In this document: piece after piece, positions 13,960 through 26,100 of the stretch | Layout of the letters: each line of letters starts with the position of its first letter | Numbering within the stretch: the stretch's first letter is position 1 | NCBI GenBank assembly: GCA_965202585.1 | Contig: OZ241830.1 | Span: forward strand, 69,936,001 to 70,000,000 | DNA: 64,000 nt | Direction of reading: 5' to 3' | From: Thalia democratica | Taxonomy: Eukaryota | Made by a program: the position numbers and the translations under genes | Notes under the pieces: generated by a model | What the model saw: only the letters and a program-made list of their open reading frames with translations | What the model was told of the DNA's origin: nothing | Databases searched by the model: none

Positions 13960-14934
13960 TTAAATCATTGGAACCTTAACGCAACTGATATATTCGAAAT
14001 TTTTCATCTCTATCGAAGTTTTAAAGCTAAGTAGATTGTTGTTTACATCATAACTGTGAACATTAACTTTCTTGCAATCTTTTCGGACGAAATATATCTT
14101 ATAACTAATGTTGATTACGTTATTACCTGGACTCCATCCCCATTTTGGAGTGTCTTTAACATACGTGAACTTTCTTGTAACACTATCAAACACTTCAAAA
14201 TAGTCACGACTACCTCCTATCATAAACATTTTATTGCCAATACTAATTGCAGCATGATTGCTTCTTGGTGATAACATGTTAGGAAAACAGGACCATTTAT
14301 TTTCATGAAAGTCATAACTTTCAATTATTTTGTGTTTTTGATTGAAAACAAATAAACTACGAACCGCCCGACCCTCTGCTTCAACTAGGATTTGATCGTT
14401 TTTCTTAGAACCTCCTGAAACAACTATTTTGCCTTCAAAAACTGTACAAGCTGCCCTTTCCCTACTTTTTTTCATAGATTCGGCAGAAGTCCATTGGTCA
14501 CGTTAAATATCATAAAACATACAATAACTCTTGTAACTAGTTCCACAGATAACAAACACCTTTTGCATGAAGGCACATACATAGTAAGGTGGATATAGTT
14601 TTTTTAATGCAGGTAACATTTTCCACTTTTTTGTGAATGAAGAATACTTTATAATGGCGGAGGAACTGCAATCTTCAAGCCGACCTAATACAAGAATACT
14701 AGAACCACTAGAAGTTGCTTTAAGACCATATTCAGGTATAGGGAGACTAGGAAGGTACATTTTAGTGTCAAATTTGTTCAACAAAAATGGTTTATTGTTT
14801 GATTTACCTTCGCCATACTTTTTACTACTAAACACAGCAATACTAAATTCTTCCTGATCACAATATCTATTTTGATACAAAACAGAAAACTGATCACTTT
14901 AACTTTTGCTAAGTTTTTTGAAACTGGATATAAT
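13960..14934 (-). pseudogene. Kelch-repeat pseudogene (paralog of 40150-41121)
   Basis: Collinear with the intact copy. In-frame stops TAA at 14899-14901 (TTA in the paralog) and 14503-14505 (CAA in the paralog). Start ATG and upstream TGTCAG acceptor are both mutated. Confidence 0.85.
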
Positions 14935-15529
14935 TTTTTTTGTATTGTTCACAAAAAACTTTATCAACGGTTAAAAACTGTAACAATTAAATTCTATTTT
15001 TACATATCTATATAGATATATTTGATAAAACTTAATTAGTTTAAAACTACTTAAATAACTTCATTGATTTTTATTTTTTTAATTAAGTAGGCTTAATATT
15101 ATTGAAAATATTTTTAAGACTAGACACTATTTTTTAACAGAAGTAGCATATTACTAGTTTTATTAAAACTTCAAAAAAAAAATTTACTGATTATCTACTG
15201 TTTCTTCAAGTATGTGAAAAAAACTTCAATGTATAATTCTATTAATTATCTTTTAATTCATAAAGAAAAATCTAGTTTTCATTACCTCATTTAATAAGTA
15301 ATATTAGATAAAGGTACTCATTTTAACCTTTATTTAAAAGCTGTACAAAATAAAATTGTGCTTTTATAGACAAAATATATCAACTTGATTTAGGGATATT
15401 ATAAACGGGTAATTACTTATAGTAACTTAAAATAATTTAAACTAAGTGCTGTATAAATCTTTTATTTGTTTAGATTTTATTAGCTTAATATTGTTCACCA
15501 ATTGTAAACAATATTAAACAAAAATTTGA

Positions 15530-15730
15530 TTAAAATTCTAAACTAGGAAGGTACATTTTAGTGTTAAAGTCGTTCAACAAAAAAGGTTTGTTATTTGATT
15601 TACCTTCGCCATACCTTTTACTAGTAAACACAGCAATATTAAAGTCTTCCTGATCACAATATCTATTTTGATACAAAACAGAAAACTGATCACTTAAACT
15701 TCTTCTAAGTTTTTCAGAACTAGATGGCAT
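15530..15730 (-). pseudogene. 5' fragment of a second kelch-repeat copy
   Basis: MPSSSEKLRRSLSDQFSVLYQNRYCDQEDFNIAVF...KMYLPSL, then homology stops abruptly. Confidence 0.8.
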
Positions 15731-18700
15731 ATTTTTATTTATTACTGACAAAAAAAAATAGTATTAATCAAAACTGTTTAAGTAAACTTTTACGTATGTT
15801 TTTAATTTATACTCTTTTTCAGTTTTCAAACTACGCAAGTCTTTTTTTCAACTAAGTTTAATTGAATAAGTTTTTTTATCCTAACACATTTTTTTATAAC
15901 CAATTAAGTTTTTAATTTGAATAAAGTGTATAAAAAAAGAATACAACTAAACTGTTTTGTTTTATTGAATTAAAACTATATTTCGGTTATATTTAATTGT
16001 AATCACATACTAGTTAATTACTAAAACATTAAAAGATCTGTCACAACAATTTGTTGGTACTATTTAAACAAAAATGTTTATCAAAAGCTTTTAATCATAG
16101 AATAAAGTATTTATGTTTTTGTAGAGAACGTTATATATCAACTTGATACATACATATTTAGAACAGCTTACTACTTATAAAAGTTTCAAACTATTTAAAC
16201 TGAGTGCAGTATAAGTAGCAATTTTTAATAAACTTAAGAAAATTTTTCATTGTTGATTAGTTGTAAATACTAGTAACCTAAACTAGTTTCATGAGCCACA
16301 AAATCAAAAAAATGATTTAACAACAATTACTACAATAAGTTATCATTATAGTTTAAGTTAATTAAAAACCTTTTGAAAAATTAATAACATATTTTAAATA
16401 TAGCTACTCTTTCCTAACTTATTAAACTTACTCAAATAACTTAAAATATTTATATGCCTTATACTTTATAAAGGTTGTGATACTTTAACATGCATAAACA
16501 AAAGAAGTTTACTTACTCCAAAAAAACAAGTATGTAATAATACTTTTTTTTTGATACAGACAAAAACTTTATACTACTTAATTTCATTAAGATTTTTTTA
16601 ATATGATGTATGCATTTTTAATAAGTTCTTTAAGTAAAAAGGCACATAAAAGACAAAAGTTGCTTTACTTTACTAATTGAATTAAAACTGCGACCTTTTT
16701 CAGATTTTAATTTTGAGTTTTTTAGTACGAAAAGAAGCTTTTTTATAAACTAATAAACTACAGCAAGAAAATACTTGTTTATTTCATAAATTTCTTTTGT
16801 TTTTGTCTTACACCGATATATGATATACTATTTTTCAATTTTTTTACAGAGGTTGATAGAATAAAAAAATTAAACTCGAATTTATTAATTACAAACGAAC
16901 GTAAAACAAAATGGTCAAATAAAAAGTAAAGCCAATTTGTTTTAGCTGTAAATAACATAAATTAGAGCTTTTGAGTGAAACTTTTATGTACCTCTACCTT
17001 TTTCATCTGTCAATGTAACATGAAATGAATCTAACACTAACATAAGTATCTTTAGAATCGTTTAACTTAGCACATGTTGATTCAACGATAGTTTTTTTTT
17101 TCGTACTTCGCTGGCAATCCGATTGTTTCAAAACAATTTAAAAAACCAATAACTTATCACGATTGTAACACTTTTGTTTAAGTAAATTTTATGTTTATTT
17201 TGACTCATATATTAAACTATTATACTATGATAAAATAACAAAGTTAATGTATGTTTTAATAACTTATACTATATCAACTAAAAAAAGGTTTTATTTTAAT
17301 ATCTTATTTTTTAGATTGTTAATTTGATCAATACACTTTCTGAGTTTTTAAACAACAAAATAACTGATTTTTTTTTTGTAGAAATAAAGCAGTTTAAAAC
17401 ATTCAAATTATAAAAAACCAAAAGCTCAAAGTTTTCCTATAAACTTTGAAAAAAAATTTATGAAAAATCAAAAATTAATGATTTATACTTAGTTTATCGC
17501 AAACCCTAAAATAATCTTCTACTCTTTGTTATGACAAAAAAAAATCTTTAAGAATTTTGAATTCAATATAAATTTTATAATATAAGCGCAAGAGATGACC
17601 AGAAATTTAGCTTTGACTAAAGAAAAAATAAAAGCAAGTGATCTTAATTATTTAAAGAATATAAAAAAAGACAAATAGTATCGATTATTTTTTTAATTAT
17701 CCCCATTGATTATGTGTTCACTTAATGTTTTAAATATCTTAAAAATTGGTACTATTAGCTGCCTAAAGTCTAAGTTTCAAACACTTTATAAGGTTTAACA
17801 CTTGTTTATAAATGCCTTGCATGTATCTTCAATTAAAAAACTAAAGCTTGTTTACAATATTAAAACAATTTACTTTAAAAATTTTAAATTCAATAGAGTA
17901 TGTTTACGTACTATCAATCATTATACTATAAGTATAGATTAGAAAGTCATTATATTTATCAAAATTTTAAGTACAAGATCTACTACAATTTACTTTTTTT
18001 TTAAGTAGAAATTTGTGTAATTTAGGTTGAAAATTTCTGTGGATATATAGTAACTTAATAAAAGTTTTTCTGTACTTAAACAACTTCTAATTACAAATTG
18101 TCTTAAGGCTGTTTTCTTATTGAAAATTTTTTTAAAACCAGTGCAGGTAAAGATTTTTACTCTTTTATATCACATTCAAAAACTTATGTAAAACTAGAAA
18201 TTATTATTTCTTTTGCTCCAGTGATCACACGTTATCATTACTCTGATGTCATTAATTATGCTGACTAACAATGCACCTGAGTGCTAGATGAGAGTCTTTG
18301 TAATGATATATCATTCAATTAACTCTCGACAATAACAATCATAACTATATTAAAAATCGGCACCCTTTGAAAGTTCAGTTATAAGTCTGAAGTTAAACGT
18401 CTAGATTTCCGAGTAAATAATAAAATTATGTAAACTTATGATGGCAGTGTGACAGTGTACAAAAGTTTTAATTTTGCCTTAAGATATTTATGTGTTATAA
18501 AAATAAAAAGACAGTTTTTTGACTTTTAGTCATTTATCGCAATCATTTTTGAAAGTTTATAAATAAAATAAAACTGAGTAAAATTTTGTAATTTTGTTCA
18601 AAATCTACTAGTAACTAAATCACAGTTTCCCAAATTGAGCGATTTTAACCAGTAAAGTGAACAAAATTTAACTGAGTAGTTACCTAGTAAAGTGGCGATA

Positions 18701-19991
18701 TCTAATTAAGGGACGCGATTATTTTTAAACTTTTTCTAAACTGGCGATAGTGTAAAATTATAGCTGTGGAAACCGTTATCTAGATACAAAAAACATTTTT
18801 TATAGTTTTATTTTTTAAGTATATAGTCTCTGTAAAAGCTTGTTACAAAGTAGAGTGAAATTAAAAACTACAAACAAACAACATAGTTATACTAGATTAA
18901 GAATATTGCTTCGATTTTGATGCGTCTAGAAATTAAGTTGTTTTGCGACAACACGTATTTAGTTAAAATAATTTAATATTTTTTACAACGTCTAAAAATA
19001 AATATGTAAGAATACTGAAACAGATGGGTTGTAAAAAGATAACAAGGTTGGTTGTGACGTGAACAAAAAGTTTTTTTTTGTGAAATTTTAAAGTATCTTG
19101 TTCTAAAACTTGTTTGTTAAAAATTTAGCTAACTTTTAACTAAACCAGGTCTTAACAATTACTGAAAATTAAACAAAAAAATCAAATATATTTTTTGTAT
19201 GATTTATTTAAAAATTTATAACAAAAATGAATAAAAAACAGGATGAGTCATTTTGCTAAAAGCTTTACTGCATTTTATTATTTATAATTACAACACATAT
19301 GAATTAGAATCTTTGATAGAAATAAAATATATTAAATTTTAAATATCTAAAAAAAAAAAAATAAATACTAGTTGAAAATTAAATTTAATCTAAAAATACC
19401 ACATTTTTTCTTTTTCACAACAATGTTTACGTATTATGTTTAGTAGAGCTTTTAAAAACATTATCTAAAAAGTTTACCATGAATATTTATTTAAGCATAT
19501 ATTTTTAATCTTTAAATACTCGTTGAAACTAGATTAAATAGTACTTAAAATAAATTTTCTTAAATATAAGCACAATTTAACATAAACAAGCGTTAGTTAA
19601 ATTAGATATTTAAACAATTTTGCTCAAAAATACAAAAGGTAGATCCACAAATAAAATTCAACTTATGGTCAAGCAGATTTGTGATATTTTGTTTAATTTT
19701 TTATTTATTTAAGCATTAGTTTTTAAGAAAGTTTAACAGTAAGCGAACAAAAGGATATGAGTCTAGTAATCCTCTTTTTTTAATTTGATAAAGGTCTACT
19801 TTTACTCGGTTTAATCATAAAACAATAGAAAACTATTATAAAAAGAGTGGCATACGATGTTTAATGAAAAGCAGAAACAAACAAAACAACAAAAAGAGCA
19901 AAAAAATTCATGAAATTGTCCCAAAATATGCTCAAATCAAATAAATAATGCAGTGCCAGCACCGCTTGTATTTAATATTATGACGTCACAA

Positions 19992-20144
19992 CTAGCGGCA
20001 ATATGTTTGTGAGGAATCGTAGTGGAGATAATTGGCGCAGGAGAATGTGGAGAGATCGTAGCTGTGGGAGGATACGGAGGGGATGCTGCAAACCTCCGAC
20101 AAATCAGACATCGAAGATGGAGTCTGGTCCGAGAAGTTGTTGAC
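19992..20144 (-). CDS. Isl: Islet B terminal exon
   Basis: Acceptor TTTAAG|GTC, phase 0. [27 protein letters not shown]...YCR* resembles the Isl1 C-terminus (VNFSEGG...SEVASMSS). Confidence 0.75.
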   Translation of the reverse strand, partial: VNNFSDQTPSSMSDLSEVCSIPSVSSHSYDLSTFSCANYLHYDSSQTYCR

Positions 20145-23100
20145 CTTAAAAAATGATGGTATAATTATATTGAAGTAATAAGTTAACAATAAGAAACAGT
20201 AATGAAATCACAAATTAAAACTGGATTTTGAAAAAAAATTGTTTCATTGAACACCATACATTTTGAAATAATAAGTAGCATTTGACAGAAATCAAATAAA
20301 AACTAGTAAAAAAAACAGAATCTAAGACATTTTCAAGAAATTAAGTCATTTAATAAGATAATAATTAATTTAAACTGTAGTACTACTTTATTACAAAAAA
20401 TTCAATTACACTTATTAAAACAGCTAGAAATAAACTTAAAAAATAACAAAGTTATTTTTAGCTACTTAAAGTACATTAACTGCTTTTATATTGGGAAAGC
20501 ATTTATCAAAAATCACTTACTAGTTGCTGAAAAGGGGTTTTTTCAATTTCGCTCTGCAATGCATAATCACTCAGCGCCTTCCAAGCCGGTTGCTGTCGAT
20601 GCTGGTAAATTGATTGGTCCACGTTGATGTCCGTGGACTGGTTAGAAGTTTGTCTTGGACCGTTGACATTTTGATTTGTAGCGTTAGGTCCGTCATTTGA
20701 GTTAGACGTTTTTTCCTGGATATTTTCAAAGACTTTTTTTAATCAAAGGTTATGGAACATTTGACATACTTTATATGCATTGTAAAAAATATTTAAAATA
20801 TTTATGTATAGAAAGGTTTGGAAAAGAAAAGCAAAACATTCCACCATTTATAAGTAGTTAAACTATAAATATTAAGTTCATCAAATCTCTCGCAACGTTT
20901 AGATAGTTCGATTGACTGCGCAATGAATAATCGATGGAATGCTTTTCAAATCGATAAAAGTTATCTTCTTCGCGTTTATCAATCTTTACTTGCTGATTTC
21001 CAGAGACACGCAACACACTTGTTACGTAATAATCTACTTGTGATTATGACGTCAAATTTGGCAAATGAATCGAGTATAATATTTTGTTACGTGAGATTTT
21101 AAGCTCATCACCTGATTTCGTACATAACTAGACTTTAAAGTTTATAATGAACTTTCCGATGCAGATTAACTTATTTTCAATATTTTTCTTCAGATGCGAC
21201 ACCGGTAATACAACAATTGACTTTTAAGAAATCTTTTTTTTAAATTTAGTAAGTTAAAATTTTATTTATTATATCAGTTTAAATACAAAAAGTGTAGTTT
21301 TTTCTAAAAGTATTATTGAAATGGTTATACATTGAAAAACCATAAAAGCTGATGTTAACAATGGAGCAATATTATTAAAACTATATATAAATTACTCATA
21401 TAAAACCAGCTTCACTTACATTTATTTAATAAACTGATTTGAAAAAGCGCTTTGTTATAAAAACAAACTAAAGAATAAGAAAAAACGTTTGATTTTTTAA
21501 ATAATTTACAACTAGTAATTGTTTAAATTTTTAGTTAAAACGGCAAACATTATTAAAAATTTTACCAGCAAAATACGCCATCATCTACAACAGGTAGGTA
21601 ACAAAACTAAACTTGATAAATGAAATAATTTAATATTTGTTGTATACCTTTTTATACTACTTTATATACCTGAGAGATTTCTGAAGTAGTTTGCTGATTT
21701 GTTAGGCTGAATTTTTTATGCCATTCTTAAGATTAAGTCAAAAAAAAAACACAAGATGTCACTTGCTCGTGTAAATGTATAAAAAAAATACAAATAAAAA
21801 AAATGGTAAAAAACGTTTAGTATAACAAACTACTAAATAGTGTTTTATTAGTCAGGTTAAATGACTTTTCTTCAAACCTTCAGCCTTAGTAAATGAATTT
21901 ATAAGCTGCGACTTGACTTTATCGTTGTTTTAATACTTTAGTTGAGGGTTCACGAGAAATTATACTGTGGCACTTAAGAAGAATTCTACGTATGAAAATC
22001 GAAGTCACTTCACAAAACATTCAGTTTTTTGTAATTAATTTTTAACGATAAGGTGTCAGCTGGAAACAACTTTTATTTGGTCACAATTTATATGAGTCGC
22101 ATTATCAAACATACTATATATGAGTTGCACTATCCTCAACTCATCGATTTTAGGGATTGACTGTATTTAAGATTTTTGTTTTAGAAAACAGTTTTTGGTT
22201 AGACTAATAATTTTTAAACAATTTGAGGTATTAAACTTAAGCTGAATTTTAAAAACACAATGATTTGTAAGTTGTTAAGTTATCAACTTGAATTAACAAA
22301 AATAAAAAAAAATAATAAAAAATAACGTATTATTATTTACTTTAAATGAATTTAAATTATCAATTTAGTTCGCATCTTTACAAATTAAAAATAAAATAAT
22401 GACTTTATAGCTTTCTTTACAAAACTTTAAGATAAAAAATTTAAACATTTAAAAAAATCTAGTTGAATTTGTTTACCTTAAACTATTTTATATCAAATAT
22501 TCGCAAAATCCGTGATCAACAAAAATAATGAAAACCATCAACAAGCAAAGCAATGGTATTAATACAGCCAAGACTTAATAATGCATAATCGCGAGTTAAA
22601 ACGGATAATAAACAGACAGCAAAAGTCAAAACATGAAAAAGCCAAAAATTCTTAACACTAGTGTGTTTCAACTATAAAAGGGGTATTAAGAGTAATCCTT
22701 TCAAGTTTTTTTGCGCAAAATCTGATTACATAGTGCGAGGTTATTTGTGTGAGATTAAGTAACACGTATTAACCAATTATCGCACAGTAGCCGGCAGTTG
22801 TGGAGATTTTAAAAGCATGAGTGATTTATGTTTCAGCTTCTGATATCTCATGCATTAGAGGTAAACGAGTGTTTAAAACGGTAATTTTGGATGTTAAAGT
22901 TGCATAAACCCTTCCTTTATGGCTTAAAGTATTTTATTAGCATGTTCCTTAACTGTGTTTAAACTTAGATTATCTGTTGAAAACAGTTAGATACTCTTAA
23001 AATTTATTTAAGTAAGTCTAAGTTATTCAACTGTGTTATTTGCAGGAGATAAATTCTTAAAATTATAACAATGCTGTTAAACTGTCTTTAATTTTTGAAC

Positions 23101-26100
23101 AGAACAAGCTCTTTGCTACAAAAAAGATTCTTATTAACAAAATATTAAAATCGTTAATAACTATGTTTATATACATAAGATAAATTACAAATAGCACGCA
23201 AATTTAAAATAATTTATTCAAATAAATAGTATAGTTTATGTATATAAATTGAAGATCGCTTACCACTAATATTGTTGTCATTTGTTAAGTTGTTGAAAAT
23301 TCTTTCGTAATCTCTTATGCAGTAGATGCTTCCATCTTCGTTACACACGAATGAATCTCCTGGTATCAGTTGATCGTGACAAGCGTAACATCTGTTTAGT
23401 AGTATAGAACTTTTTTTAATTACTGTCATTTAAATGTCATATATGCTCAACTACATGTAAATAGTTATATATACTAGGTTTAACATCAGTCATTGTTTAA
23501 AATCAGTTCAAACAGTTTTGTTTTAAAATCATTTGATTGTGCTTAATGTTTATTTTTATAACAATGTGCACTTTAAGAAAGTTTTGACTGTTTTGTGAGT
23601 TTCAAATTATACATTGAAATAATTTTTGATTGTTTTTACTAACCTAAAACACTGAACGTGGTACTTTTTATTTCTGACAGACATCATCAAATCCCCCTTG
23701 ACCAGTCCAAGTTTGCACTTTGCACATTTTGGCGCAAACAAGCTGATAAATAAAAATAAAACAGTTAATTTTAAAGTTAGTTGTAAATATCAATCATGCA
23801 GCTAATCACTCTTAGAAAATTTAAATTGGAAATTTTGTAATAAAAACAAAAAAAAAGCAATGAAATTGCTTTTAAAATACTTTACTTACAAGTATAAAAG
23901 CTAAAGCGTTTCGTAAACTGATATTAAAATTGCTGTTTTATAGACACAATAAAAAAGAACATATTTTTTAGTACATAAAATAACTAATTATGGGAAGGTC
24001 AATAAAATCAATATTTTTCTTTTATAAATAAACGACGTTCTATAGTTCAGTTAATAACGTTTTAAGCGTTATTTAAAAGACTTAGTGGGTGTAATATTAC
24101 TTTTGAGACTCAATCGAAAAGCTTGGGTTTTAATACTGTTAGTAACAATTAATTCAAAAAAACTCTATAAATTTTCAGCAAGTTGATAATTAATAAGTTT
24201 TTGTTAAAGTAATTTTAGTTTTGAAGTGCAAATTAAACCTAATTTTAATTATCTTAGCTTTTGCCGTTATATGTTTATACAGTTGGGCGAGTTGTCGCAG
24301 TCCAGATCGAAAGAAATCAATCTTACTGATGTGACGTTATCCGCATTACAACTTGGAAGCTGACCTCAACAGCTATTATGACGTCATAACGAGACTTGAG
24401 TTAAAGGTGTTCTTTTTAGAATTTTATTGTATAATTAATCAAATATCCATTAGTCTTGGACATGAAAACAAACTATTTATATCAAAGCTTATTTTTTTTG
24501 GGCCATGGTTGATTCTTTAAATAAGTAAGTTCATGAATGTTTAGAAATTAAAAAAAAAAAAGTCTTATGTTAAACAACATGCGCCTCTTTCTACCTGAAG
24601 TTTTTCAAAACTTTTTAAAAATTTCAATATGAAAAAATTGATATTCGGTTGACTGCAAAAAAAAGACATGTAGAATCAGTGATAAGTAAGCAGAGTTTTT
24701 TGCAATCGATAACATATGTCGGCTGTCTCGGTTCAACCAGACAAAAACCACAATTTCTTGTATTTTATGTTGTTATTACAACCCTGTTACTTTGCGGCTT
24801 TTCCTGTTTAATTTCGAATAAATTATAATAACTTTGGGCAAATACTTAAAAAGTTTTCAGGTTTTTAAATTTGTTCGAGCATTTTGTATACATTTATTAA
24901 TTCTAGTTTGTTTTTGGATATATTGAAAAGCATGAAAAATAATAAACGAATCCTAATTAGTTGCATCCACTATTAAGAAACACTATTTTTCCACAAGTCA
25001 CTACTCTACTTTTTTAATCTTATAAAAAATATCGAATTTTTCTCGCTTGTAGATTTTAATGTATTGATTACACCATCGCAAAACTAGCATATGGGAAAAC
25101 TTCGCAAACTTGAACTTACGACCTTTAGTAGACGTGGAGTCATTCAGAATGACGTCATTTGAATTTCCGACGGCAGTAAGCTGAGTTGCAAATCAAAATC
25201 CGTTTATTTATTGTTTTAGAGACTGTAAGAACAAAATAAAAACTCATTTATTTTACTCAACTTGTAATTAGTTATACAAATATCACTAAACGCTTTATAA
25301 TACTATTTTCAATGTCTTAAAATATCAAAACTGAAAACTTTTTGCTGTTGATCAATTTTCTTGTTTGCCTAAACATGCTTTATGATTTATAGTTTCGCTT
25401 TAATTGAATTTTACGTAAAATATCACAGATATAATTACCTGAATACTTAAGTAACATTATTTTATAAAATGACGTATATGATTATATGACTTTTATTAAA
25501 AATTATTGCTTTTCAATATTTTTACAGTTTGGAACCATGTTTGTATAAGTTGACATTTGACTGCTACGTGTTTTTTATATTTAACCAAAAGTGTACTTAC
25601 TGATACTTTGGCTTTATACCAAAAGCGAAAACTGCAAGCAACAATTTGGCAGCAGCATATAAGCAATCACAATCGATTGTCACATAACTATCTTCACACA
25701 TACTAATTGACAATATGGTAGGATCTCAAGCAGCATGAATCAAATTATTTCTAAGAAAAATCAATTTGTCAAATATTAGTTAAGTGGTGACACTTCACTG
25801 GTTAAGAGCCGTCAGTGTTGGTTATGACGTCATAAATACATATCAGGTAAGTTTGCAGCCTTACAATTTGTAATAGGAACTTTTAATTTGTATCACTTCA
25901 AATAACAACTAACTTTCAAATTTTATAAATATATTTTTTATCTAAGTAATGATACGATATGAGTCTAGCAAGACATTTGTTTTATTATTTCAAAGGTCGG
26001 CAAGGGGCAATTGAGACAGAGACAAGCCTCAATTCGACGTTGCAAGTTGCTTGTCGGCCGACGTCAGGTTCGTGTGTGAGATCGGAACCTTTTAATTGCT

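Noticed and set aside
18621-18776. Possible hAT-like mini-element (CAGTTTCCCAAA...GTGGAAACCG)
   Set aside because: Inverted match too short and no TSD.
21200-21850. Degenerate homeobox remnant in B
   Set aside because: No recognisable homeodomain codons on either strand; a faint resemblance of the 56-nt exon to the end of the homeobox exon is too weak to claim.
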